Shown here: positions 12,501-26,200 of the stretch, piece by piece
How positions within the stretch are numbered: the stretch's first letter is position 1
How the letters are laid out: every line of letters starts with the position of its first letter
Origin: Trichinella spiralis
Taxonomy: Eukaryota
Length of the DNA: 64,000 bases
Direction of reading: 5' to 3'
Assembly (NCBI RefSeq): GCF_000181795.1
Contig: NW_003526943.1
Coordinates: forward strand, 8,783,472 to 8,847,471
The notes under the pieces: generated by a model
Databases searched by the model: none
What the model was told of the DNA's origin: nothing
What the model saw: the letters and a program-made list of their open reading frames with translations, nothing else
Made by a program: the position numbers and the translations under genes

Positions 12501-14947
12501 CAAATGCCCAGTGTATTAGTCGACGTTGCGTCTGTCAGTCTGGATTCATCGGTAATGGAAAAACTTGTAATGAAAGTAAATCGGATACATCATCACAAAA
12601 AAATGAATGTGAAAATTGCGACTTCAATGCAGTGTGTGAAGATAATAAGTGTCAGTGTAAACAAGGATTTGAAGGTAATGGTACTCTCTGTTACAACAAT
12701 GCAAATATAAGGTGCGATGACGATGCTAAAGTTTGCGGTATCCACGCAACTTGCATCTCTTTTGGTACAAAAATGGTGTGCATTTGCAATAAAGGATATA
12801 CTGGAAATGGACGTCAATGTAATGTTTTAATTTTTGCTTATTTCTTAAATTTTTATGATTTAAATGTTTCAGGTGATTTAATCAAATCAACAACTGAGCC
12901 AAACAAAGAAAAGGAAAATGGATCCAAAGAAACGTCAACATTACAAGAGAAAAAGGAAGAGGAATCTGGTAAATTTTTTCTATTTTGTTCTTTTTATTTT
13001 AATTCTCAGACTAAAATAAAAAAACATTTTTTATAATCAAAATTATACTTGACATGCATTTTAAAGCAGTGTAACAAATTATATTACAATCATTACTATT
13101 AATAGAATAATACAGTAATTATGGGGATTTTATAGTTTATAATTGAATTTTATAGAAAATCTATGTGATTCGGTGAAATGCGGACCAAATGCAGAATGCA
13201 GAATTAACATGAGTGGTTTGCCAGAATGCCGTTGTTCTCGTGGATTTACAGGGGACGGAAAAGAATGCTATGGTATGAAAATTAGATAAAGATAGATACG
13301 ATTTAAAGCAAATGAAATAAATTTTCAGATCTAAATGAATGCATGCTGAGGATCAGCAAATGTCATCACTTGGCCACTTGTGTGAATACTATCGGCAGCT
13401 ATGTGTGTCAGTGTCCCGATGGGTATGCTGGAGATGGTGTTCGAGTATGCACTCGAGAAATTAAAGTTTCTAATTTGAATTATATTGATAGTAAGTAAAT
13501 TCAGGATACTGATTTTAATGGAAGAAACGCATTAATTTAAATGTTTAATTTTAGCCATATGTGAGAAAAATGGAATTACGCTGCAGATGACTAATAGAAG
13601 TGATTTATATGGAAAAGTATACGTAAAATCTCAAAGTGAAAATCCTGATTGCAGTCAAACGTTGCCGAAAAAGATTAATAATAGTTTTAAATTTACCGCA
13701 CGCTTTGAAAAATGTGATTTTAAAAAGGAAGCAGAGGTAATGCTCATCTAATGCCTTTATTTTTTCAGGGCTTATTTTGTTAGCCATATATTTTTATAAA
13801 TAAATTTTGTTCTTAAATTATAAATAAATAAATGTATATTTTTCTAGGATACTTACTCAGTTATAATGGTAATCCAAAAACATCCTTCATTTATTACCAC
13901 CGGCGATGAAGCTTATAAGCTTGTATGCACTTATCCGTCGGCAGAAAGAGAAGTACACGAATCAGTCAGCGTCGAGTAAATTGAGACATTTATTGCCTCA
14001 TCATACAACCCTACGTAAAATTGTTCCTGCTTTCAGAACACTCAATTCAAGTGCATCTTATGTGGAAAAATCAGTTGGAAGTAAATGCATTCTAGATGTT
14101 GTGGATGCAAATACAGGAAAGGCGATCACGGAAGCAACCGTTGGACAAAAGCTTCAAATGAAACTGAGAGCTGAATCTTCTGGTAAGTTGTGGTAGTTTG
14201 ACAAACTAATTAAGCTTGAAACTTGGAAGTTGCATTTTAATGAGTATAAATAACAAGTCTGCACATATTTATGCAGGCAATTATGAACTATACGGCACAA
14301 ACTGCGTTGTAATCAATATGGAAACTGGGGAATCGTTCGCTCTGACAGATGAAGATGGGTGTGCTGTTGAAGAAGAGATTTTTCCAAATTGGAAAAAAAT
14401 GGGCAATTCACTTTATTCCGAATTTATTACTTTCAAATGGCCTGAAACGGCGACGGTTCGCTTCCAGTGCGACTGCTCCGTTTGTGCTCATCAGTGCCCT
14501 GAGGTAAACTGATAAATGTTACGACGATTTGATGTATTTATTTTTGTTGATTTTTCATTTTGCATTCAACATTTCAGAGAAAATGCAATTCAAAATTGAA
14601 ATCACCCAAAAAGCGATCAACCACATCAACATCCAACGCAGTCAACAATCAAAATTATGTCCAATCGAACATTTTGAAAATCATATCCGATGGAAATCTC
14701 GAAAGTGAAGTAAAGTTGGATGAAATTATTGGTAACGTTTTAATTTCATTTTCAAATAGAATAACATTTCTTCATACTTAAAAAAAATTTTTTTTTAATT
14801 GCAGACTGGGAAAATTATGACAACGACAAAATTTGTGTCGATGGTACCATAATGAGTGCGTTATTTGGTTTTGGAGTCATTTTTCTTGTTGCTGCATTAT
14901 GTGCCCTTTTTTTCAAACAGTTGGCTAATATACGCAACGATATTTGA
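6560..14947 (+). CDS. Multi-EGF / calcium-binding EGF + Ser/Thr/acidic mucin-like region + ZP domain + TM apical matrix protein (fbn-1/fibrillin-like); 5' end not located
   Basis: More than 20 exons. Repeated DI(D/N)EC...C.N..GS(Y/F).C cbEGF motifs; mucin-like exon ~9338-9915; tandem short EGF array 11489-12818; ZP domain ~13555-14700 ([48 protein letters not shown]); dibasic PKKRS at ~14605; TM segment [22 protein letters not shown]; stop TGA 14945-14947. Confidence 0.9.
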
Positions 14948-17900
14948 TAAAAAAGATGCTTTTCAACAGTTTGTGCCTAATATCCATTACAAATGAAATG
15001 AATCATGAAACGTTGCCCGCTGCATCATTTTGTTTTGTAAAAAACAATGTTCATATTTTACATTTTTGTTGTACATTTATTTATTGAATTTTTGTTTAAT
15101 AAAATTGAAAAGATACAAAAAATATCATAAAATGGAAATGTTTAACATTTAATAAGAATTCATATAATGCACGTTAATGTCTATTCAAATAAAACTTATT
15201 TTTTCATTAAACTCATTTAACAATGTCTAATGACCATGCACTTTAGTATTTTATTTATTAATTAAAAAATTTTAAATATATAAACTGGAAAACAGCATAA
15301 ATATGACGCCTATTCTTTCATCAATTAAGTGATTCATTTCAACTGCTAATCCAATAATGAATTCAGAACAATAAATGAAATTTAATTATAAGTATGAAAA
15401 TTTTGAAAAAGTATAATATTTTACTTATAGACTAAGTTTTATTTTAAAATGAAGCTTAATATTAATTTTAAAAAACTTCTAAAAATATTATAAACGTTGG
15501 GTTCTTGTAATAATATTGTATTTTTGAATTAACTACCATATGTTTATTATAACAATAAAATCAACTATTTGTGAGTGTATATTTGTTAAACAAAACCTCA
15601 AACTACAAAAGAATGGATACGTTTGAATATTTAATAATAGAATATGAACAAAAATGCGTAAACACATTTTTACACAAATAAGTCAGATTGATGAATGTTC
15701 GTTGAATTGAAATTGAATTTACTTGAACCATTATTCAATGAACCAACTGGGCATTTTGAAGAAGAATAACCAAATTTACATTTGTTTGTGCAAACCATAT
15801 GTATAGCACATACTCACTTGTTGCATAAATGTCAATGAAATATAAATGCCATGTGATTTTTCTTATCATTTTAATTTGTGGCACATCTAAATTTCAAAAT
15901 TGCATCTGAATTAAATTTTAATGAATTCATATAGTTTTTGAGTAAGTTATTTTTGAAGAATATGGTCAATATTAGATAAGTTTTATCTTAATAACGAGTA
16001 AAAATAGCATCAATTAAGATAGAGAACAATTATTATGAATGAGTGATTAAAGAATCAAAAATTCAATAAAATAATGTTTGTAAATGACTGATGTAAATTT
16101 CAAGTAAATTTCACAAAATATAATATAAATTTACATATTTTTACGTGAAGAGTCTATTATTTCTATATATAAAATGGAGTAAATTATTAACTGACATAAT
16201 TGAGTAACTATTTCTTGAATAAAAAGAATTTTGCTAATTAACTGAAAAAGGATCTTTTTCTTTCTTTATTAAACCTTGTATTTGATTTATTATTAAAAGT
16301 TGATCAATTTGAAATTATTGAAGTGACATTTGAAATGCAATGAATTATATTAGCTGTCAGGTAATTGTTCTTTTCACTTCTTAAGCTTATCATGTTGCAT
16401 AATTTAAAGATAAAAAAATATTTGTTTAACATTAAAGAAAGGTATATTTTTTACGTGTTAGACATCTATCAATTTTATTTAATATCATAGACTTCACGGT
16501 TTCTCCAATTCTGCTTCATTGTTGGCCCAGGCGAGGTTGCGATAGGTTGTTTCGTGAAAAGCTGTTTCTGACGTTCAAGCTGATGATGATAAGCATTGAT
16601 TTTCCAACTCGGCTGTGTTTCCCCACTCAAATTCTGCACTCGACAACGCGAGAAGCGTGCTATTGTGCAGCTAGGCATGATTTTTTATTTTAAATGTGTT
16701 TTTTGTTCACTGCTTCTACTTTTGTTGTTGCTTTTTCCAAGAATAATAACAAACAACAGTAGCTTATGTTTAACTTTTAAAATTTTGTTTGTTTTCACGC
16801 TTTGTTTGTTTGTTTGTTTGTTTATTGTGGAATTTCACTACTTCTCATTTGTATTCTGAATTTGAAAAATTGAAGAATTGCACAATGATTTATCTATTCA
16901 GCAATTTCAGAAATATTTTAGCTTTGTTTGTTTGTTTTTGCTTATAGATTTTTAATCAATTGGTTCCAATTTTCCTTATCACAAACAACAATGAAAACTG
17001 CTTGATTGATCCAGCCAGATCATCGTTTTATTTTAACAAATTTTTGTCAGGTAAATTTTTATAAATTTATTAATTTCAACAATTCTGATCTAGAAATTTA
17101 ACATTCAATAATGTAGAAAAAATTTTCGTTTTACCTTTTTTCTCTTTCTTTTATGTAAAATTATTTGATCATTTTCTGTTGGCTTTCAAACTATTGTTAA
17201 TAATTCAGCTCATGCTTCGTGAAAGTTGTTAAATTATTAATTTTAATAATCAATGACAATTCGATTGTAAAATTTTATTCCATTCAACATTCTTTATTTA
17301 TTCATTTTACATTTGCATATGCACGTATATATCTTGTACTGAAGTTGTTTATTAAGATAATATTTATATGAATGATCAAAGTAAAAGAATTATTTATTTA
17401 TCTTCAGAAGAAATTCACTTTTGCAAAAATTACTTTTTTCCAACTGATACATTACATAACTGATTGTACTCATAGATATCGTATCAGTATTGACATCAAA
17501 AGATAAACTTCAATGCATGATTCATTTTTTATTGAAATGAAGCAGAATGTTATGATTTTTTAATCTGTTTCTTCATCATCACTTTTACATATGTGCACAT
17601 CATCAGTGAAGATATTTTTGAATGTCAAACTTTAACAACTTTTGACATCTGTTTACTCTTAATACAAACTTTTTATGTTTATAATTGGGGACAGTAAAAA
17701 GAATTTCAAGTTACAATATTTATTTTTTATTTTATAATTTTTATGATGTGACTATACAACTTGTTATATTTGATAGTTGCCTTTCTACACTAACAAAAAG
17801 CAGACATTTTAATTTTGAAACTTTTTCTGCTGTTTTTCTAGTTGCTATTTCAAAGCAGCATTTTCGAATAATTATTAATGAGGCATGTCAAAATATTTTT

Positions 17901-19622
17901 TTTTGAATTCATTTGGAACCAGTATAAATTACAATCATCAATACAAATACCAGATTAAGCGACTAATTAGAATTCTGAAACGTATTTAAAATTGTTCCCA
18001 ACAATTTTGGTAAGTAAAATGATAAACATTCTTCATTTTACAGATGATTAAAGAAAAACAAATAAATATTCGTTTAAATGCAGAAAATGATGTGATAAAT
18101 GATTGATTGCAGAACTGCATTATTTTTCAATCCATTCATTTTTATGCCAGATGATTTTCCTACTACTGCTCATCAAAATAGATTTTCAAGCAGAGCTAAT
18201 TTTAGATCCAAAACTTGAATGTAAAACACTTGAATTCTGAGGAAGCAGTAATTGATTTTTATCCAATGGAATATTTCAAATAACAATGCTTTCATTTAAT
18301 TTTCAATACTGCGCATTTGTTAGAATTTCATTAATTATTTATTTTTTTTGGAAAAGCTTGAATTTTTAATATTTTTATATTTCAGTTAGACCGTTTTTTC
18401 ATTCTTTTTGAAGTTTCAAGTTCTGCGGCAAATTAGTTACATTATTCCCATGGAGTTTTTCGTTGTCAGTTTATTAATATTAAGAATGAATGATTTTCAT
18501 GAATATTTTTAAATATTGTAAAATTAATAAAATACAGATATCAAAAATAAAGTCCCGACTTTAAATAAAATGTCATAATTCAATTAAGTTATATGGTAAT
18601 GGAGGTGTTGATTAAAGTGACAAAATTGGAAACAGAAATAGTTTTGCAAAAATATAAAATAAATAGACTGTTTTACTTTTTATAGGTTGATTCTTATCAG
18701 AAATAATTTCAACCATCAGTTGTGCGTGTAATAAAGTATTTATTATGAACATTATAACGCATGTAATGCAAAAGGTGAACGAAATTAATTTTAAGTTTAT
18801 AAAATTATTATCGAAATTTTGCCAAAAATGTGTAAATTTTTAAAATTTGTAAACAGCTATACGGTAAGTTTTTCCATTAATATTATACACATACATATTT
18901 AATAATTTACTTCTTAAAATATGCATTTGAATGTTTTGATTTTTGTATTGTTTTTAAAGATTAATATATTCCATGCAGTAAGTGATTATATTTTGCTTAT
19001 ACTTTGAAGGGACTTTTGGTATGAAATGAACAGATAAAGCCAACAATTGGTTTAAAGCCGATTTATTATTCATCTTTGCTACTCAGCAATTTTTACAAAT
19101 TTTTATCATAAATTTATTTTGTACACTGGTGCAAATTTTGAAATATATGATTTGAAAAAAAAGACTTGTTTTTGGAGAATTATTTTCCAACTGCTCATCA
19201 CGACGACGTATTTGTTGCTACCATTTTAAAATGGCATCGATCAATTGATCATCATTTTCATTATTTCACTCTCTTTATCAAAAAATGCTGAAAGTACATC
19301 GTTGCAAAATTAAATTGATTTTCATCAAAATGAAGAGATCCAACAAGAAAAGCAAAAGCAAACTGACACTTTGAACTGTTTTCACTTTGCAAATTGCCTT
19401 ATTAAATGATTCAGTTTTCAAAAACTAGTATTTCGACAAATGTGAAAATTGAGCATACTGTACAATGAAGCGATGATCAATTTTTTTTATTCTTATTAAT
19501 ATATAAATTAGTAATTTAAGCAGTTTGATTTTTTGCAAAATTTTCTTTTCAGTTAAATAAGTGATCGATTCTCCAAGCAACGCCAAATAGAAAGGAATTT
19601 AAACAGATAATAAATTCTGCAT

Positions 19623-19642
19623 CTATATATATATATATATAT
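19623..19642. repeat. (TA)n microsatellite
   Basis: Directly visible. Confidence 0.85.
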
Positions 19643-19728
19643 GTTGTTTTATTTTATAACATTATTTACGAATCAAATTGTTCATAAAATCTTAGGGAAC
19701 TTTTTATTGTTACAGGTAGGTGTCACAG

Positions 19729-22044
19729 ATGCAAGAAGATAACAAACGAATAATCGGTGTAGTGACACCTGGTGGTGATGCAGCCGGTACCAATGCAGCA
19801 TTGAGAGCAATAACGAGAATTGGTTTGCACAAAGGGTTTGGGATTTTGTTCATCCGCGAAGGTTTCGGTGGCATGGTGCAAGGTAGTCTTTATTTCCAAG
19901 AAGCCAACTGGTACAGCGTGATGGACATAATTCAGCATGGTGGAACAATTTTGGGCAGTGGCCGCGCGAATGAGTTCCACACGCGTGAACAAAGGATGCG
20001 TGCTTGTAAAAATTTAATCATCTCCGGCGTCACTGATCTGATTTGCATTGGAGGCGACGGCAGTCTGACGGCTGCGCATATATTTTACAAAGATTGGCCC
20101 GGATTGGTCAGCGATCTTGTGGCCAACAATGAATTGGATAAAAGTTTAGCTGAACAGTATTTCAGCATCAATTTGGTCGGCATTGTCGGTTCAATTCACA
20201 ACGATTTTCCAGGAACCGACATGAGCATCGGCGTTGATACGGCTTTGCATAGAATTGTCGAATCAATCGATGCAGTTGACAGTACTGCTAAAAGTCACCG
20301 GCGTTCGTTTGTCATCGAAGTGATGGGTCTTTGGAGTGGCTATTTGGCTCTGGTAGCTGCGCTGACTACCGAAGCTGATTGGCTATTTTTGCCCGAATGG
20401 CCCGCACCGGTTGATTGGCCAGACATGCTGTGCAATAAGCTGAAAGAAAGCCGTGCCGCTGGTCAGAGGATGAACATCGTCATCTGTTCCGAAGGTGCCC
20501 AGGATTGCACTGGAAAACGAATACGAAGCGAACAAGTGCGTGATGTGATTGCTAAACGCCTACAGTATGACGTTCGAATCACCGTACTGGGTCATGTTCA
20601 ACGTGGCGGCATTCCTTCGGCTTACGATCGACTTTTGGCAACTCGAATGGGCTCTGAAGCGGTGTTCGCGTTGATGGATTTTGATGAGCCGACTGTGATC
20701 GCTTTGGATGGAAATTCCATTGTCCGTCGGCCACTGTCTCAGTGTGTAGAGAGAATATTGAAATTTAGACAAGCAATGGAGGAAAAAAATTGGCAAGAAG
20801 CTATGCATTTGCGAGGCCGGAGTTTTCTCAGAAATTTGAACGCTTACAGAAAATTGGCCAAAATCCATCCGCGCATGGAATCAGAAGCGCTGAGCGGTGG
20901 CTACTCGTTCAACTTGGCCATCATGCATATCGGCAGTCCATCGTGTGGAATGAATGCTGCAGTACGAGCGTTTGTTCGTTACGCAATTTGTTACAAATGC
21001 CGAGTCTATACAATCAAAGATTCTTTCGAAGGTCTGCTGGACGGTCGATTTGAAGAGATGGATTGGAATTCCGTGAATTATTGGACCATGTACGGTGGTT
21101 CGTTTCTTGGGTCGCAAAAGAGCTTGCCGTCGATGGATTTGGACGGTGTCGCCAGACGTCTGGCTCAGTTTCACATACACGCGTTGCTGATGGTCGGCGG
21201 ATTCGAGGCGTTTCATTCGTGCTTGATCTTGGCCGAAAATCGACACAAATACCCGGCATTTTGCATTCCAATGGCCGTGATTCCGTGCACCATCAGCAAC
21301 AACATCCCAGGTACGGATTTGTCGCTCGGATGTGATACGGCTTTGAATGAAATTTGCGAAGTTATCGACAAATTGAAACAGTCGGCAATTGGTACCAAAA
21401 AGCGCGTATTCATAGTTGAAACGATGGGCGGTTACTGTGGATTTTTGGCCACACTGTCGGCGTTGTGTTCCGGCGCTGACAATGCGTACATTTTTGAAGA
21501 AAAATTCACCGTAGACGACATGAAAGCTGATGTGCAAGTGATTTTTGAAAAAATCACCGAAGGTGAGGAGCGCTACATTGTGACACGCAGTCAATATGCA
21601 AATGAGAATTTCACAACTCAATTTATAAAGCAGTTGTACAGTGAATTGGGAAAGGGAAAATTCAGCACCAGGGTGAACGTGTTGGGCCATTTCCAACAGG
21701 GCGGAAATTCGTCACCATTCGACCGACTCACCGCTACCAGAATGACCATCCACGTTGCACAGGCTTTGATCAGTGCAGCCAGGGATTCAGTCCAACAGGA
21801 CGGCTCGGTTTATACGACAGATCCGAATCACGCGGTTCTGCTCGGTATTGTGGATCAGACGGCCAGACTGACCCCGGTTGAAGATTTGAAAGAAAGTGCG
21901 GATTTTGATCATCGAATGCCGGTGTTTCAGAAATGGCTTCGTCTGCACCAAATTTTGCGCATACTTGCTCGACATGACTGCGTTATCGAGGCAAGTTCGA
22001 AACTTTTCCAACTGCCTCATTTAACTGACGACAGTTTAAATTAA
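19729..22044 (+). CDS. pfk: ATP-dependent 6-phosphofructokinase family protein (eukaryotic two-half type), intronless CDS, atypical active site
   Basis: Motifs TPGGDAAG.NAALRA, GGTILGS, IGGDGSL, TVLGHVQRGG.PSAYDR; regulatory half with TISNNIPG and ETMGGYCG. First ATG is at 19729, right after AG acceptors at 19714-19728. Confidence 0.95.
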   Translation: MQEDNKRIIGVVTPGGDAAGTNAALRAITRIGLHKGFGILFIREGFGGMVQGSLYFQEANWYSVMDIIQHGGTILGSGRANEFHTREQRMRACKNLIISGVTDLICIGGDGSLTAAHIFYKDWPGLVSDLVANNELDKSLAEQYFSINLVGIVGSIHNDFPGTDMSIGVDTALHRIVESIDAVDSTAKSHRRSFVIEVMGLWSGYLALVAALTTEADWLFLPEWPAPVDWPDMLCNKLKESRAAGQRMNIVICSEGAQDCTGKRIRSEQVRDVIAKRLQYDVRITVLGHVQRGGIPSAYDRLLATRMGSEAVFALMDFDEPTVIALDGNSIVRRPLSQCVERILKFRQAMEEKNWQEAMHLRGRSFLRNLNAYRKLAKIHPRMESEALSGGYSFNLAIMHIGSPSCGMNAAVRAFVRYAICYKCRVYTIKDSFEGLLDGRFEEMDWNSVNYWTMYGGSFLGSQKSLPSMDLDGVARRLAQFHIHALLMVGGFEAFHSCLILAENRHKYPAFCIPMAVIPCTISNNIPGTDLSLGCDTALNEICEVIDKLKQSAIGTKKRVFIVETMGGYCGFLATLSALCSGADNAYIFEEKFTVDDMKADVQVIFEKITEGEERYIVTRSQYANENFTTQFIKQLYSELGKGKFSTRVNVLGHFQQGGNSSPFDRLTATRMTIHVAQALISAARDSVQQDGSVYTTDPNHAVLLGIVDQTARLTPVEDLKESADFDHRMPVFQKWLRLHQILRILARHDCVIEASSKLFQLPHLTDDSLN

Positions 22045-22868
22045 TGCAATCTGTCAATTTTTCTGTCCATTTTTTTCAAAATTAGCATTTTATTTTTAAG
22101 GAAAAAAACTTAAAAAACGTATTTGAATAATTTTCTGTCTAGAATTAAAAGAAAGGAAATCCCTTCGGTTGTTCCCCATTCAGCTTATTTGGTTTGGTTT
22201 GGTTTTGCAGATAAATTTTTACAATGCTACGCCAGCTATTGCATTTCTCAATTTCACTACTACTTTGACAATGCAACTGAAATCTGAACAGTATTAGTAG
22301 TATTTCTCGTATATTTCTTTTTACTGAAACATTAAAATTTTGAAGATTTTTTTTTGAAATTATAATGACAATTTTGTTATAGTTTATAAATTAAAAACAA
22401 ACATTTCTACAATTTTAAATTTGCATATTATTCCATTTTAAAGATAATATTTGCAACATTTCAAAAATGAAAAATCACTAAAGCTCACTTCACTTTCTTC
22501 AAAATATCTGTAGAAAAATCATCGTCCACTAAAGCATAGTTTAAATAAAACCATATTTAAAATCTGACTGTACAAAATAAAATTATTTTATTAAAGTTTC
22601 ATTCATCTCCGATGTGCTTTTGCAAACATTTTCAATGGTTACCAGTGATTTACTTAGTTGTAGTGAATTATTAGCATGAACCAAATTGCGCTATTATTTT
22701 CACCTTTACACTAATAATTTAAAGCTCCATTAAAATAAATATTTAAAAAAAAGTTTCCATTTTATGCATACAGTTAATTATTATCAAATAAGAACGAAAT
22801 ATTTATAATTTGATTTATAATTGTCTTTTACAGTTCACATTATAAACCATTCAATTTAAACTTTTAAA

Positions 22869-22894
22869 ACACACACACACACACACACACACAC
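22869..22894. repeat. (CA)n microsatellite
   Basis: Directly visible. Confidence 0.9.
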
Positions 22895-23229
22895 AGAACA
22901 TTCAATAAAATTGAAAAATAAAAATATTCAAATGATCAGTCGAAAGGGTGAATATTGCTGAATCACCATAGATATTCATTTACTTCATCCCATTCCATTA
23001 TGTGCTGAACAATGTTGAAACAAAACAGCAAAACAAGACATTCCATTCATATTGAAAAGTGCAGTGACAAAGAGATAAAACATTCAAAATTATAGTAAAG
23101 AGAGCAATAAATTGCGAACAAAGAAACATAGCTGCAATATAAAAATTTCAGAAATACTTTACTGTTTGGCATCAACACACTTTATATTCATTAACTAAGT
23201 TAGAACAAGGTGAAATTACACATTTAAAT

Positions 23230-26200
23230 TTACGATGGATCCATCTCCTCTAAACTTCTGCACAATTCAAGTGCATCATCACAAGTAAAACTCTCACACC
23301 GATCGCTGAAAAATGCTTCATAAAGTTCTAAAAAAACAACCAATCAGAATTGAAATATAAATGTAATTAATAAGATAATTGCAAACCTTCCACTTTTTTC
23401 TGGTAAACATCCAGAGTTTCATGAAATATATCATCATCATCATCGTCGTCGTCGTCATCTTCGTCGTCTAATTGTCTTTCTGAACAACCTGCTTCAGGGG
23501 ATGCACAAGAATCTCTGAAAATAAAATAATTTTTATTTAAAGTTCATAAATATAAGACATACTTTCATAATTACATAATATAACTCAACCGTCACCAATC
23601 CACGGTTAGAATTAAAAAAATATCACCATGAAAAAGTCTGGCACTACATTACTGAATCCAAAACTCGTGGCCAGACACAACAGCAGAAATACTCACAGAC
23701 AACGTGGAATTAAACAAAAAACTAGCAAAAAGCAGTGAGAAAAATTCAAATGCAAACCATACTCTGAACTACTACTATTGATAATGTATTACAATATTTA
23801 TTTTTTATAATTAAAGAAATTGCAACACACATTAAACAATTAGACATGCTATTAAATATTTTCCAAAAATTAAAAAATAATGTAAAAATATATAACTAAC
23901 CGAATCGCAGAAAGTTTCGAATTGTATTCTTCACCGAACTCTGTAAGATCGGAAATTAATTTTCTTGCCAAAGCAATATACGGCATTTTGTCCTCTTCTT
24001 TCAGCGATTGATCAAATGGCTCAAACTGTAAGAAGTCCAATTCAGCCGTACTCGTTAACATGCAATCAATTTCCATTCCAGCTTCCATATCAAGCTTGTT
24101 CTTGTCAATTTTTTCTTCATTTATAATATCCTTAAAATGCATTATAATCGAAGTCAATCAAAATTACCATATATACTCATATCATAAAAGCCCAATCAAT
24201 TATTTTCATTTAACAATGCATATAATAATTATTTACATTTTCAGATTCTGTAGTAAAATTTGCAGAATTCTTGCAATCATCCGATTCATGTGAGACACTG
24301 GTGACTGTTTCAGGATCAGAAGGTAAGCAATCTTTACGATTGATTGATTTGCTTAATGATGAATATGGATGGGCGTCTGAAATACAAAATAAATAAATAA
24401 ATAGCACTTTCACGCAGACAAAATTATCATGATAAAATGTCAGAAATTTACCGGCAATTTCTAAGCTGTCATCACTGAAAATTGGCGAAATGTCCAAACG
24501 ATGAACAAAAGCTTTATGATAGGACAAAGCAATGGCTTGCCAAAATTTGGAAGAACAATTTCCTTCTGAACAGTGGAACTTTTGCATAAAGCCATCGCAG
24601 CAGTAGACTAAGAGATGCGATGCAATTACAAATCAAAAACAATGTTTAATATGCAACTGCAATGCTCACTGTCAAATAATCGATCCATTGATTTTTTGTG
24701 AACAACGGAATTCTCGTGCTCCATAAATTTCAGATACATTTCTATTGGCATTCCAATTCTTGTCCATTTCTTTGCTAAATAAAATAAAATAACACAAAAA
24801 TATGACTGATGTATAAAAAAAGCAAAAAATCAAATTTAAAAAATCATATCTTCAAACTGAAAATATCATAAATCATATAAACTAACTAAAACCTGTCAAT
24901 AAAATGTCAGATATTATAAAAGTAGATCTTACAAACTTTAGCCATGGATTGACAACGACGACAAGCTAAGCAAAATAATCGACCGGATTTATAGCGCAGC
25001 CATTCTTCCCGTCCTTGAAAAAAATCACCAATTTCACGAAGTTTCCTCTCGACAACCTTTGGATCTGAATATTAAAATTATTTTTTTAATATTAAAAAAT
25101 GATAATACAAAAAAAAATTTTTTTTTCTTCAGATTCCCACTTTACATCTTGATATGAAATTACCAAATCGTATGCATAAAATAAATGTGACAAAAAGCAA
25201 AAACCAGTAAACAGAAATCAACTTTTACGCACCGCTTTCTTCTTCATTCGGTAAAACTTGCTGCGCTTCTTCTTTTGCTAAAAATCCTAACAAACACTTC
25301 ACTACATATAAATAAATAAACATATATACTATATATATATATATATGCAAGGTTTTAAGAACTTAAAAAATCAAAATATGAAATAAATTTGACAAACTAT
25401 GATAATTATCCTTACATCCTCAACACCCATTACTTTTTATAATTTATTCAACAATATACAATGCAAACAATTTTATCATAAACCTCTGTTATAATTATTA
25501 ATTTTAAAAATTATTTTTAAAACGCTGCAAAAGTTAGTTAGTTAGTTAGTTAGTTAGTTAGAACTTTTTAACATAAAATACAGCGAAAAAATAATTTCGG
25601 TGTTATACCTTGACTTGTAACAGTGGATTTATTGGTGTCGGTAGGAGGGCATTCAACAGTAACACGCAATTTCCCAGTATAAATGCCATCATCATCACCA
25701 TCATCTTGCTCTTCATCATCTAAAAACCACAAACATTTTTAGTATAATTCAAAAAGTCAGCTAATTCCACATATGCTTTTCGTAAAACTGTTGACAGATA
25801 TCAACAATTTTTTAAAAAACAAAAAACATGATTATTTAAAATATGCCATGCTTTTTTTTAAAATACCTTTTCCACCTTTTTTCTTCGAATTAGCAATTTG
25901 CTCTTTTATAAAATTTTGAACATCCAAATTGACAGTCCGTCGACGAGATGAGCGTCGAACGCCATCATCATGCTCTTTCTTTGAATCATCTTCAATTCCG
26001 TCCACCAAAAGCGGCAGAGGTTTCCCAAATGTAGAGGGTTCCGAAAATAGTAAAAAAAGAATTAAATCATTGAATTACATAAATAATAACAGCCAATTTT
26101 AATTTCTTACAAAGCCATAGCATTCTTCACGCGTCGCCAGCGTTAACGAACGAATAGAAACGACTCGTTGTTTCCCATCTTGAAAAATCACTTGACAAGT

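Noticed and set aside
16475..16859. ORFs and a TGATGA box in the GC-richer block, as a gene or C/D snoRNA
   Set aside because: No coding motifs and no convincing terminal stem with a D box; more likely promoter or UTR sequence.
19723..22020. Several long antisense or alternate-frame ORFs over PFK (e.g. 20881-21696)
   Set aside because: Shadow ORFs of a GC-richer coding strand; no motifs or splice signals of their own.
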